Assembly: GCF_003334305.1 (NCBI RefSeq)
Contig: NZ_QOWS01000001.1
Length of the DNA: 64,000 nt
From: Escherichia coli
GTDB lineage: Bacteria > Pseudomonadota > Gammaproteobacteria > Enterobacterales > Enterobacteriaceae
Strand: one strand, 5' to 3'
Positions 31,018-41,193 of this stretch are shown piece by piece. The translations under genes and the position numbers were made by a program. The notes under the pieces were generated by a model, which was given only the letters and a program-made list of their open reading frames with translations, did no database searches and was not told the DNA's origin. How positions within the stretch are numbered: the stretch's first letter is position 1; the number at the start of each line of letters is the position of its first letter.

Positions 31018-31073
31018 CTATACTCGTCATACTTCAAGTTGCATGTGCTGCGACTTTAATTATCTAGAGTATA
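31018..31073. repeat. Short ERIC variant (both ERIC termini joined, central part absent)
   Basis: ctatactcgtcatacttcaagttgcatgtgctgcg matches the left end of the ERIC at 295..428, and aattatctagagtata matches its right end. Confidence 0.65.
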
Positions 31074-31391
31074 TTATTCTATTTCTTGGTTGAATATATT
31101 CTGTAGTTCACGATTAAAAATTGCTATTACAGTTTCAGGTGATTCACCTCGTAATTTCCGCTCATCAATACACTCATCTCTTATATAAATCAACGCATCA
31201 TTTATTAGCGGGTCAGCATCTTCTCGATCACGTTGATGAAATGTTGGATGTAGCCGGAATCGCTCCAGTCGATAGACGGAACCTGTAAATAATTCAGAGC
31301 ATTTATGGATCTCAAGTCTGAAGGAAAACGGATCTTCAGGTACAGGGACCTCATAATCGTAAATAGCAACTAGCTCTTTTTGCACGATCAT
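31074..31391 (-). CDS. yehK: Uncharacterised small protein YehK (105 aa)
   Basis: ORF MIVQKELVAIYDYEVPVPEDPFSFRLEIHK...; recognised by sequence and position downstream of yehI. Confidence 0.75.
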   Translation of the reverse strand: MIVQKELVAIYDYEVPVPEDPFSFRLEIHKCSELFTGSVYRLERFRLHPTFHQRDREDADPLINDALIYIRDECIDERKLRGESPETVIAIFNRELQNIFNQEIE

Positions 31392-31451
31392 CGCTTTCCC
31401 CGCTGGTAAGTCGTGTAGATAACGGGCAGTCGCATCACTGCCCGCTGTGTT

Positions 31452-34400
31452 TTAATGGAAAATGACGTCAGGTGCGCTTAACGCCTCACTCAAATCAAAC
31501 ACATCAAGTTCGGCAAAAGTGACGGATTTATTGTCACGGTACACTCGAAGAGAACGGAAGCTCATTAGCGCTTTGCTATCAACATTGTAGTGGTTAAAAC
31601 CGGGTGAAAACTTAAGGACCAGCCGGTACTCGCCCAGGTCATAGACAAATGCATCCTCATAGCCTGACTCCCAGCCTTTGTATCGCATTCCCATAAGCTG
31701 CCCAACGGTAGCGGATTTACCTTCCCAGCGAGTCAGGCTGTTACTGGTTGACTCATCAGGTGTGAGCAGCACCGTGCACCGCGCCAACTGGCGAAAAGGC
31801 GGCATAATTTCGTAATCGGCAAAAAGCTGTGCAAATTCACTGCGCATTTCTACTGTCATTTCTAACGGGTGGGCAATGCCAATCAGAGCGTCCGCAGGCA
31901 GGTCAATTGGCTCATCTTGCGCATTGCAGAACTCCCCCTCTGCGGCCACACGAAAGGCGTTGAGTAAACAACGCGGTTCATTTGCCGGATAAGCCCCCCA
32001 TATTAATCGCTGGGTAACCAGACGGGTAAAGGGATGATTAACAAACAGAGAATGAAAATCTGCCAGCGACCAGCGTCGGGTGGTACGTAGGGCCGTTTCA
32101 AGACGCGGGAGCAGGTTTTTGCTCACCTGAGTGGCATCTTTTTTTAGCCCTTTTAGTCGGGCCAATGCCTCGGGCGCTTTCAGTTGATCGTCATCGGCGC
32201 GCAACCGGGGAACGCTTTTCTGGCGAACGTTTTGCTGATCAAAGATAACCGGGTTGAGGTTTTCATCGAAGCGAACGGTAAACTGCCGGGGACCAAAATC
32301 AAAACTCAACGCCTGCGGATCATCAAGGCCCAGGGTTGGGACTAATCTGTCCGCTAGCTCTTCCTGGCTTAGCCCGCGATTTTCTGCGACCACCTGAAGA
32401 AATTCCGCCGCGTTATCACGTAAGGGGCGGGATTTCGCCCGTTGCGATATATGATGCAGCTGTATCAGCGCCATATCATTATTCATCAGGGTAAGGATGT
32501 TCAGGCCACTGACAGCACGGGCAGATTTGCCTTCTTGTGGCCAGCCGAGGATCTGTGTCGTTAGATCCCGTGCCGTGCTTTCGTCACCAAAGAGACTTAA
32601 CGCCAGAAATGCCCAGTTGTCTTTTACGGGGGCACCAGCTTGTTGCCACGCAGTGAAGAGATCCCAGGCAAAAGCTGCCAGCGTTTGTGGCTGGCAGAAC
32701 GTTTTCAGTTGTTCCAGCCCGCTATAAAAACGTCCCCCCTGGGTAAAGCGCAGCATTTCGCCGATAATTTCCAGAGCGTCATCGGTAACAGGTTGATTAT
32801 TAGTGATAAGGCGCGGCCTGGACCACATTTGCGGATGCCAGAAATCAGGGGCTTTTGGAATGCGTGCCGGGTAAATCTCTATTGGACTCTGTTTAAGTAA
32901 TTGTTCCAGGGCAGGCCATAGATCTGTACGCTGCCAACGATTGGCTACAGTTTGTAGCAATTCGCCATGCCCATGTTCGTAAAGTAAACGCAGGGCAAGT
33001 AATGCAGCTTCGCTTTTATCGCTAGATTTGGTGAAGATAAGAGGGATAAGTGCAGTAGCCGTATGTTCCGGCCATTGTAAAATCCACTGGCGAGCCAGAT
33101 TACGCTGGCCCGCAAAACGGTGCCAGACGCGGGCAATGGGCAGGGCCAGTTCTGTTGCGCCGAAATTTAAAATTAACGGAAATGTTTCTTTTGGACGATG
33201 TGAAAAAGCCAACATCAGACCTGGTAGCGCATCCAACCCGAGGATACTGAGAAAATAGTCCTCACCCGCGAACAGATGTTTTTTCTCATTGATACGCAGC
33301 CAGAAGGTCAAAGCCATCTCACGCGGCAACTGTGCCAATAAATACAGGTTCCAGACACTCTTTTCCGGACGATAACGTGAGTAGTTGTCATTTTCCCATA
33401 TGTTAATTAACGCTTCTATGTGACCGCTGCGGAGCGCCTGTTCTGCTAATTGTGCTTCCGGGGAGTTCCAGCCATTCAGGATCTCTTCAACCCGCCCCTG
33501 GTAGTAATGCCACTGAACAATGAGTGAATTGCGTGCAGCATCCAGTTTTCCGGGGAGTATATAATTCAAAAACAGCCATACATCATCCCCAAAACCCAGT
33601 TCCTGTAATACAACTCGCCCACTTTTTTGTTCCATGCGTTCCGCAAGAGATTCCGTGCTGAAATAACGGGCAGGCTCAGTGGCGGCAAGCCTCTCTCGTT
33701 CGCCAGGTTGCCAGTAAACTTGCGGCGTTAATTCGAGCGGTGCCAAATCAAGACGTGGAGCTGTCATTTTTTTCTTACTACGCCACGGTGGTGAAACGAG
33801 GATTTCAGGCAGATTGCTGTTATCGGTACTATCAATAACCGGTTTGGGCGGTGCCGATAAATAACTATTCAGCACTGCCCTGGCTTGAGTACTTAACCAC
33901 TGCATCATCTCTTCTGCCAGTTGTGGCTGCGATGCCATCAGCGTTTGTAACAGCGTACGCCAGTATTCATCGCGTGCTTTTTGCTGTGCAGGCAGCTTTT
34001 TGTCTTCGATGATTGGATAACCTGGGCGGGCTGGTGGTTCTGTTAACGCCAGCAGTTCTGCCAGTGCGGCGAGCGTCGCATGGGGGAAGTTTTTATGGTA
34101 TTTAGCTACACGTTGCAGGCTGGGTTTGTTTTTATCAGCCACCAGTAGCAAGGTGCGGATGACTTGCGGATGGTTAATTTGTACCAGCAGACTGCCGCAA
34201 TCTTCTTTATGGGCATACATCGCGAGGCGCGGAATGGCTGCCAGTCCTTGTTCGCGCAAAAGGGCGGCGCAGGCCGCGTAGCCGAAGTGGTTTTCATGCG
34301 ACATGTAGCTGGCTTCTCGATCGCTAAATATATCCTGGCTCCAGTAGTGCTCGAGTTTTCTCACCGCTGTGGGGTCATTAGCAACAACTTTTAACCACTC

Positions 34401-35084
34401 CTTAGAATGAAAATGAGTTCGCGGGCATTCAAGGCCTACCAACTCATTGGCTATTTCTGGTTTTTCCGGGAGGATCAGCGCAATAAAAGGGCGGCGAACT
34501 TTGGTTATTCCTGGTAGTGCGGCAATGAGTTTGTCGGCGCAACGCTGCCAGCAGCTTTCCTCTGCCAGAGAGAGATGCTTACGCAGTCGGAGATCGAATT
34601 CGTTATAGGTTTCTGAGCGATAACCATAGCCATAATCCTCGTCCTGATACTGCAATGTCACTACCAGAGGATCACTCTCATAACACCGCGCAATAAACTG
34701 GCGTGCAATCACCACCTCAGTCGCATATTCCAGCCCCTCTTGTTGGACGATTTCGTCGAGCAACTGTTGGCTGTCATTTTGCGCGATACAGGCTAGCGCC
34801 GCCATTGTCCGGGCCGGGATTGAGGGTTTGTGTTCGCCGATCAAGTTGATGGCCTGCGTGATGGCGGACTGCCACTCCAGTGAAAAATTTTCATAACGCC
34901 AGACAATGTTTTTTTTCTTCTCAGCTTTTTGTAGCAATTCATCACCCAGTGTCTGAATGATGCTTTCAGTGATAACAGGCACCGGTTCGCCCGGCCATTT
35001 GCGATGACTGAGTGGTGTTTTGCCTTTTTTATATTTCAGTTCCAGTTGGGCGTTATCCGCCAGCCACGGTAATTCCTTGTCCAT
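31452..35084 (-). CDS. yehI: Large DUF4132-family protein YehI (1210 aa), paralog of MolR
   Basis: Shares long collinear blocks with the upstream ORF (e.g. RLRKHLSLAEES.WQ.CA.KLIAA, LFADYE..PPFRQL). Confidence 0.85.
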   Translation of the reverse strand: MDKELPWLADNAQLELKYKKGKTPLSHRKWPGEPVPVITESIIQTLGDELLQKAEKKKNIVWRYENFSLEWQSAITQAINLIGEHKPSIPARTMAALACIAQNDSQQLLDEIVQQEGLEYATEVVIARQFIARCYESDPLVVTLQYQDEDYGYGYRSETYNEFDLRLRKHLSLAEESCWQRCADKLIAALPGITKVRRPFIALILPEKPEIANELVGLECPRTHFHSKEWLKVVANDPTAVRKLEHYWSQDIFSDREASYMSHENHFGYAACAALLREQGLAAIPRLAMYAHKEDCGSLLVQINHPQVIRTLLLVADKNKPSLQRVAKYHKNFPHATLAALAELLALTEPPARPGYPIIEDKKLPAQQKARDEYWRTLLQTLMASQPQLAEEMMQWLSTQARAVLNSYLSAPPKPVIDSTDNSNLPEILVSPPWRSKKKMTAPRLDLAPLELTPQVYWQPGERERLAATEPARYFSTESLAERMEQKSGRVVLQELGFGDDVWLFLNYILPGKLDAARNSLIVQWHYYQGRVEEILNGWNSPEAQLAEQALRSGHIEALINIWENDNYSRYRPEKSVWNLYLLAQLPREMALTFWLRINEKKHLFAGEDYFLSILGLDALPGLMLAFSHRPKETFPLILNFGATELALPIARVWHRFAGQRNLARQWILQWPEHTATALIPLIFTKSSDKSEAALLALRLLYEHGHGELLQTVANRWQRTDLWPALEQLLKQSPIEIYPARIPKAPDFWHPQMWSRPRLITNNQPVTDDALEIIGEMLRFTQGGRFYSGLEQLKTFCQPQTLAAFAWDLFTAWQQAGAPVKDNWAFLALSLFGDESTARDLTTQILGWPQEGKSARAVSGLNILTLMNNDMALIQLHHISQRAKSRPLRDNAAEFLQVVAENRGLSQEELADRLVPTLGLDDPQALSFDFGPRQFTVRFDENLNPVIFDQQNVRQKSVPRLRADDDQLKAPEALARLKGLKKDATQVSKNLLPRLETALRTTRRWSLADFHSLFVNHPFTRLVTQRLIWGAYPANEPRCLLNAFRVAAEGEFCNAQDEPIDLPADALIGIAHPLEMTVEMRSEFAQLFADYEIMPPFRQLARCTVLLTPDESTSNSLTRWEGKSATVGQLMGMRYKGWESGYEDAFVYDLGEYRLVLKFSPGFNHYNVDSKALMSFRSLRVYRDNKSVTFAELDVFDLSEALSAPDVIFH

Positions 35085-35093
35085 GCTCTTTCC

Positions 35094-38000
35094 TTATTCA
35101 AACAGGGCTTCAATATCGTTAATTAGCTCGCTGGCGGTGATGGCATCGAGTACGGAGAACTGCGCTTCCTGTGTTGAATTACTCCCCCAGCCATAGCTTT
35201 CCGCTTTGCCTTCCCATAACCACAGCTTGCTTAAGAGCTGCTCAGCGCTAAGTTCGGCTGGTGACATACCCACCGCAAAACCTTCGTCGATTTCCATGAT
35301 TAACGACCAGCGACCCAAAGGTTTGATCATCCATCCGATCCAGCCTCCATCCTGTGGTTCGCCCTTTATCCAGCCTTTATTCGCCAGCCCCATGACCCGA
35401 CCACTCGGGCATTTTCTGCCTGCCCAGCGGGTCAGTTCACTGGCATTGTGCTCGGCTTCTGTCAGGGCGTAGCTGTTACGGTCGAGCTGGCGGAACGGTG
35501 GTAGCAGTTCGTAGTCGGCAAAAAGCTGACCAAAGGCGGCAGCATCCGTTGGTGATATTTCCAGAACGTGAGGAGTGCCGATAGAGATATCGCCTTCCGG
35601 CAGGGTGAAAAGATCATCGTCAGCGGTGCTGTAGCTGTTATCTTCTGCTACGCGAAAGCAAGCCAGTAGCTGGTTTTCGGCGCTATAAACGCCCCAAATC
35701 AGACGGCGGGTTAAGTGGCGAACCAGCGGATGCTCAACCAGGAAGAGCTGGAAGTTTTCCGGCGACCAGCGGCGGCGCAGGCACATGGCGGATTCCAGCC
35801 TTGCTACCTGCTGGGCGGCGACGGTACGCGCATCTTTTTTCAGCAATTTGTAGCGGTTAACCGCATCGTTCGACCGCGATTCATCATCGCTTTTGTTCGG
35901 TTTGGGCAGGTCTTTCAGGCGGCTGCCGGAAACATCACGCACAAACGGTTTTAAGGTTTCATCAAAGCTGACGGTGAACTGCCGTGGGCCAAAATCCAGC
36001 AGCAGCGAACCGTTATCATCCAGACCGAGATCCGGTGCTAACCGATCTTCAAGCTCCGCCACCGTGAGTTCGCGGCTCTCGGCAATGTCGGCAATTTTTT
36101 CTTTTGCCCGCTCCTGTAATGCTTTGAATTTCAGTTTCTGGGCGATGCCGTTAAGCTGCATAAGGGCGATATCACTACCGATAGCAGCGAGAATATCCAA
36201 CCCAACGGTGGCGCGTTTATGCTGGGATTCACCAGGCCAGGCGCGTATTAATGGCGTCAGTTTGCGGGCGGTGTCATCGTTACCGAGAACGCCTAACGCA
36301 GTGAACGCCCAACTCTCTTTCGACGGCGCGCCAGCGGTCTGCCAGGCGGTAAACAGATCCCAGGCAAATCCCGCCAGTGAGTCGGCGGAACAGACGTCTT
36401 TCACCTGCAATAATCCCGGATACAGAGCCTCTTCCTGAGGGAAGCGGAGCATTTCACCGAGGTGGAGGAGGGCGCTATCTGGCAGTGATTGGGCATTTGC
36501 TTTTAATACCGGGCGCGTCCAGAGCGATGGCTGATAAAAGGCCGGAAGAGTGGGGATTTTTGTCGGGTGATTATCTAAGGGATCGAGCGCAAGCAGAGCG
36601 TTCACCGCATCGGTTACTTCCGGCTGGTTATAACGTCGGGCGATTTCTTGCAGTAATGGCTGATGACCGTTTTCGGTAAGCATACGCAAGGCAGCGCGGG
36701 CGTTATCCTGTGCTTCACCGGCTTTGCCGAGCGCCGCAGGCAGCAGGCCGGTAAGGGCATGTTCCGGGTATTTCAACAGCCAGCTACGGGCGTTTTCGCG
36801 TAGCGTTTTCAGTTTGTTGAAGGCACGGGCGACGGCAGGAGCCAGCTCACTCGCTGCGAAGTAATTCGTGATGGGCAAGGCTTCTTGTGGATAGCGTGCA
36901 AGTGAGTTTACTAACCCAGGTAACCCTTTGAGTCCAAAATGTAACATGGCGTATTCGGTATCGGTATGTGGAGATAGGGTAAGGGCATTCCATGCTTTTA
37001 CTGCTTTCTCCAGCGGCAATGTTGTCAAAATCCCCAACTGCCAATAATGCCCGGTAGGTGAATGAAACACCTTAAATTCACTTAGTAAGGTTGAATAATC
37101 TTCATTTAGCCATGCCTCAACTACCGCTTCGGGAGCTTTAATATATGTACCAGCGATCCGTCGTTGAAAACCCATCCTTGCCAACAGGTTGGTAGTACTT
37201 TCTTCATGGCTAACCGTGATGTGTTTTGAATACCAGATATATTTCGCCAAAAGTTGATTACTGATTTCTTCTGTCAGATAACAGATTGGCTCAATGCCTA
37301 ATGGCGCTAAATCCAGCACCGGAATCGGCGATTTTTTCTTTTTCGAAAGCCAGGGAGGGGAGACTACTACGGCTGGCAGTAGATCGGCGCTGGCATGGTT
37401 TGAGGGCTGTGTCAGTTGTTGCTGGCATGATTTCAGTACGGCAACTGCGGGTGTCGAGAGCCAGGGAATGACCTGTTCTGCCAGTGCTGGTTGTGAGATA
37501 AGCATTGTCATTAGCATAATGCGCCAACTGTTCTCTTCTTTTTGCCCAAGAAGTTCCGTCAGTGCCGCCATTGCTGCATGTGGGAACGCAGCGCAGGCTT
37601 TCGTCATCCGATCGTGACAGCGTTTAGTATGCCCGGCTACACGTATAAGCAGTGTTAATGCGAACGGATGATTGATATGACGCAACACATCGGCGCAGTA
37701 GTCACTTGCGGCATAGGGAGCAAATCGGGGCAGGGCTGCAACACCTTGCTCCTGTAATACGGTGGCTGACCATATCGCACCACAATAGTAATCATCAAAA
37801 ATGGCATATGGCTCGTGATATTTTTCTAATGAGGCAAGAATGTGCTCATCAGTCGCCACTATTTTTAACCACTCAAGCGAGGGTAATTTTTTTTGCCCCA
37901 GTAGACGCTGGGCAATTTCATGTGCAATTTCTGGTTTTTCGGGTAATAACAAAGCAATTAATGGTTGCCGCCATTCTGGAATATGTGGAATTGCGGCAAT

Positions 38001-38888
38001 AAGTTTTTGTGCACATTTTTGCCAGAGAGACTCTTCCGCCAGTGATAAATGTTTACGTAGGCGTAATTCAAATCTGGAATATTGCTCCAAGTAGTCAGGT
38101 GCAATGCCAGACGGCAGAATAATAATGACATTATTCGCATAATCCCATTTAATATCAATCTGTTGAAGGTGTATTATTACATCAGTAGCATATTCCAGAC
38201 CGCCTTCCTGGACGATCTGATCCATAACATCCTCACGCACTTTATATCTTGTGCATTTCATTTCAAGTGCCGTGAGTACAGCCATTACTGGTGATGGTAG
38301 CTGTGTTGTTTTCAGGCCGTCGATCTGACTGATCGCCTGGGCGACGGTGTTTTGCCATTCTAAAGAACAGGCGCTGAAGTCAAATGTGGCTGTTTTATTA
38401 TCCCGTTGCGACACACTACAGGCTAAGCGACGTAATTGGGTCAATTTGTCTGCTTGCTGAACAGGAACTCCGGGAAAGCGGCGATGACTTAACGTGGTGT
38501 GTACAACTTCGGGCGGAAAAACGACAGCAATATCTTTCGCCAGCCACGGTAAAACAGCATCTGTATTTTTGTCAGGCGCACGGGTTTCTGCTACGAAAGA
38601 GGGTTGTTCCTGAATAATGGTGGATAAGTCCGCTACCTTGAGAGAGCCCGTTACCGTTTGGGAAGGTTGCAAAGAATTATCCTTCGCTTGCTCCACATAC
38701 CCCTTCTTCACCTTCTCCGCAATCAGCTTAAGCTCCGCTTTTGCCGCTGCCGCAGCATCTGAAAAACTTTTTATCTGGCTTTGCCCTTTGGTGCCAACTT
38801 TTCCCCAACTGATATGCAACTCGTTTCCCTGTTGCTCAACTGCCCAGAATTTATGTGATTTTTCGTCCTGATAGATAAAGTGTCTCAT
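35094..38888 (-). CDS. molR: Intact MolR-family protein (1264 aa) with N-terminal WGR domain and C-terminal DUF4132 region
   Basis: N-terminus MRHFIYQDEKSHKFWAVEQQGNELHISWGKVGTKGQ is a WGR domain; uninterrupted here; 9-bp gap to yehI. Confidence 0.8.
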   Translation of the reverse strand: MRHFIYQDEKSHKFWAVEQQGNELHISWGKVGTKGQSQIKSFSDAAAAAKAELKLIAEKVKKGYVEQAKDNSLQPSQTVTGSLKVADLSTIIQEQPSFVAETRAPDKNTDAVLPWLAKDIAVVFPPEVVHTTLSHRRFPGVPVQQADKLTQLRRLACSVSQRDNKTATFDFSACSLEWQNTVAQAISQIDGLKTTQLPSPVMAVLTALEMKCTRYKVREDVMDQIVQEGGLEYATDVIIHLQQIDIKWDYANNVIIILPSGIAPDYLEQYSRFELRLRKHLSLAEESLWQKCAQKLIAAIPHIPEWRQPLIALLLPEKPEIAHEIAQRLLGQKKLPSLEWLKIVATDEHILASLEKYHEPYAIFDDYYCGAIWSATVLQEQGVAALPRFAPYAASDYCADVLRHINHPFALTLLIRVAGHTKRCHDRMTKACAAFPHAAMAALTELLGQKEENSWRIMLMTMLISQPALAEQVIPWLSTPAVAVLKSCQQQLTQPSNHASADLLPAVVVSPPWLSKKKKSPIPVLDLAPLGIEPICYLTEEISNQLLAKYIWYSKHITVSHEESTTNLLARMGFQRRIAGTYIKAPEAVVEAWLNEDYSTLLSEFKVFHSPTGHYWQLGILTTLPLEKAVKAWNALTLSPHTDTEYAMLHFGLKGLPGLVNSLARYPQEALPITNYFAASELAPAVARAFNKLKTLRENARSWLLKYPEHALTGLLPAALGKAGEAQDNARAALRMLTENGHQPLLQEIARRYNQPEVTDAVNALLALDPLDNHPTKIPTLPAFYQPSLWTRPVLKANAQSLPDSALLHLGEMLRFPQEEALYPGLLQVKDVCSADSLAGFAWDLFTAWQTAGAPSKESWAFTALGVLGNDDTARKLTPLIRAWPGESQHKRATVGLDILAAIGSDIALMQLNGIAQKLKFKALQERAKEKIADIAESRELTVAELEDRLAPDLGLDDNGSLLLDFGPRQFTVSFDETLKPFVRDVSGSRLKDLPKPNKSDDESRSNDAVNRYKLLKKDARTVAAQQVARLESAMCLRRRWSPENFQLFLVEHPLVRHLTRRLIWGVYSAENQLLACFRVAEDNSYSTADDDLFTLPEGDISIGTPHVLEISPTDAAAFGQLFADYELLPPFRQLDRNSYALTEAEHNASELTRWAGRKCPSGRVMGLANKGWIKGEPQDGGWIGWMIKPLGRWSLIMEIDEGFAVGMSPAELSAEQLLSKLWLWEGKAESYGWGSNSTQEAQFSVLDAITASELINDIEALFE

Positions 38889-38995
38889 TCTGCATCCCTG
38901 TAATTTTATCCAGTTGAATGCAGATGCTACCAGTATTTATGCGGGTTAGAGAGAGACAAAATCGCAAGAAAACAACTTTAGGAATTTATAAAGAA

Positions 38996-39022
38996 AAGGC
39001 GCTGTCGATGCAGCGCCTTAAA
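38996..39022 (-). terminator. Intrinsic terminator downstream of metG
   Basis: aaaggcgctgtcgatgcagcgcctt hairpin just 3' of the metG stop. Confidence 0.6.
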
Positions 39023-39028
39023 GGGGGA

Positions 39029-41062
39029 TTATTTCACCTGATGGCCTGGTTTAGCACCAGCATCCGGGCTTAACAGGAAGATATCTTTCCCGCCAGGACC
39101 AGCAGCCATTACCATGCCTTCGGAGATACCAAAGCGCATTTTACGCGGTGCCAGGTTGGCCACCATAATGGTGTGACGCCCGATCAGTGCCTGCGGATCC
39201 GGGTAGGCAGAACGAATACCGGAGAAGACATTGCGTTTTTCACCGCCGAGATCCAGTGTCAGGCGCAGCAGTTTGTCAGAACCTTCAACAAACTCTGCGT
39301 TTTCGATCAGCGCCACGCGCAGGTCAACTTTTGCGAAGTCGTCAAAGGTGATGGTTTCCTGAATCGGATCATCTGCCAGTGGGCCAGTAACTGGCGCGGC
39401 AGCTGCTTTCACTTCTTCTTTAGACGCTTCCACCAGTGCTTCAACCTGCTTCATATCGATGCGGTTATACAGCGCTTTGAACGGATTCACTTTGTGGCCC
39501 AGCAGCGGTTGCTGGATACCATCCCAGGTCAGTTCTGTATTGAGGAATGCTTCTGCGCGCTCGGTCAGTTTCGGCAGTACCGGCTTCAGGTAAGTCATCA
39601 GCACGCGGAACAGGTTTATGCCCATTGAGCAAATTGCCTGCAGGTCGGCATCGCGGCCTTCCTGTTTTGCCACCACCCACGGAGCCTGCTCGTCGACATA
39701 GCGGTTAGCCAGATCAGCCAGCGCCATGATTTCGCGCACTGCTTTACCAAATTCGCGGCTTTCCCACGCTTCACCAATCACTTCAGCGGCATCAGTGAAG
39801 GTTTTGTACAACTGCGGGTCAGCCAATTCGCTTGCCAGCACGCCGTCAAAACGCTTGTTGATAAAGCCCGCATTACGAGAGGCCAGGTTAACCACTTTGT
39901 TCACGATATCGGCATTCACACGCTGAACGAAATCCTCCAGGTTGAGATCGATATCATCAATGCGCGAAGAGAGTTTCGCAGTGTAGTAGTAACGCAGGCT
40001 GTCAGCGTCAAAATGATTCAGCCAGGTGCTGGCTTTAATAAAGGTGCCGCGAGACTTGGACATCTTTGCGCCGTTCACCGTCACATAGCCATGAACAAAC
40101 AGGTTGGTCGGCTTGCGGAAGTTGCTGCCTTCCAGCATGGCAGGCCAGAACAGGCTGTGGAAGTAAACAATATCTTTACCGATGAAGTGGTACAGCTCGG
40201 CGGTGGAGTCTTTCTTCCAGTATTCATCGAAGCTTACGCTGTCGCCGCGCTTGTCGCACAGATTCTTGAAAGAACCCATGTAGCCAATCGGTGCGTCCAG
40301 CCAGACGTAGAAATATTTGCCCGGCGCGTTCGGAATTTCAAAACCAAAGTATGGCGCGTCGCGGGAGATATCCCACTGTTGCAGGCCGGATTCAAACCAC
40401 TCCTGCATTTTATTTGCCACCTGCTCCTGCAACGCACCGCTGCGGGTCCATGCCTGCAACATTTCGCTGAAAGAGGGCAGATCAAAGAAGAAGTGTTCAG
40501 AATCACGCATTACCGGCGTAGCGCCAGAAACCACCGATTTCGGCTCGATCAATTCAGTCGGGCTGTAGGTCGCGCCGCAGACTTCGCAGTTATCGCCGTA
40601 TTGATCCGGGGATTTACATTTCGGGCAGGTGCCTTTCACAAAACGGTCCGGCAGGAACATGCCTTTTTCCGGATCGTACAGCTGAGAGATGGTGCGGTTT
40701 TTAATAAAACCGTTCTCTTTCAGGCGAGAGTAGATAAGTTCTGACAACTGGCGGTTCTCTTCGCTGTGCGTCGAGTGATAGTTGTCATAGCTGATGTTAA
40801 AGCCTGCGAAATCAGTCTGATGCTCCTGACTCATTTCGCCAATCATCTGCTCCGGGGTGATACCAAGCTGCTGAGCTTTCAGCATGATCGGTGTACCGTG
40901 GGCATCGTCGGCGCAGATGAAGTTGACCTCGTGGCCGCGCATTCGCTGGTAACGGACCCAGACATCAGCCTGGATGTGCTCCAGCATATGGCCGAGGTGG
41001 ATTGAGCCGTTAGCGTACGGCAGTGCGCACGTCACCAGAATTTTCTTCGCGACTTGAGTCAT
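39029..41062 (-). CDS. metG: Methionyl-tRNA synthetase
   Basis: HIGH motif (ANGSIHLGH), KMSKS motif, Zn knuckles CPKC/CEVC; 677 aa; recognised. Confidence 0.95.
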   Translation of the reverse strand: MTQVAKKILVTCALPYANGSIHLGHMLEHIQADVWVRYQRMRGHEVNFICADDAHGTPIMLKAQQLGITPEQMIGEMSQEHQTDFAGFNISYDNYHSTHSEENRQLSELIYSRLKENGFIKNRTISQLYDPEKGMFLPDRFVKGTCPKCKSPDQYGDNCEVCGATYSPTELIEPKSVVSGATPVMRDSEHFFFDLPSFSEMLQAWTRSGALQEQVANKMQEWFESGLQQWDISRDAPYFGFEIPNAPGKYFYVWLDAPIGYMGSFKNLCDKRGDSVSFDEYWKKDSTAELYHFIGKDIVYFHSLFWPAMLEGSNFRKPTNLFVHGYVTVNGAKMSKSRGTFIKASTWLNHFDADSLRYYYTAKLSSRIDDIDLNLEDFVQRVNADIVNKVVNLASRNAGFINKRFDGVLASELADPQLYKTFTDAAEVIGEAWESREFGKAVREIMALADLANRYVDEQAPWVVAKQEGRDADLQAICSMGINLFRVLMTYLKPVLPKLTERAEAFLNTELTWDGIQQPLLGHKVNPFKALYNRIDMKQVEALVEASKEEVKAAAAPVTGPLADDPIQETITFDDFAKVDLRVALIENAEFVEGSDKLLRLTLDLGGEKRNVFSGIRSAYPDPQALIGRHTIMVANLAPRKMRFGISEGMVMAAGPGGKDIFLLSPDAGAKPGHQVK

Positions 41063-41193
41063 AGTAGGCATTACTTCTTAATAGTGAAAAGGGGTTAGAT
41101 AGTACCAAATGGGAAAATGTTAAGTAAGTACTTCTCTATATTCTTCAGGTAAACTATCAGCTGATGGTTTATCTATACAAAAAAGGAGTCGGG

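Noticed and set aside
35893-36438. 181-aa plus-strand ORF inside molR (and similar plus-strand ORFs inside yehI and metG, e.g. 40013..40744)
   Set aside because: Antisense frames within long, well-conserved genes; no start context; Ser/Arg-rich composition.
31452-38888. molR and yehI considered as an assembly duplication of one gene
   Set aside because: The two ORFs are clearly diverged in sequence and length, and only molR has the N-terminal WGR region, so they are true paralogs rather than a collapsed or duplicated assembly artefact.
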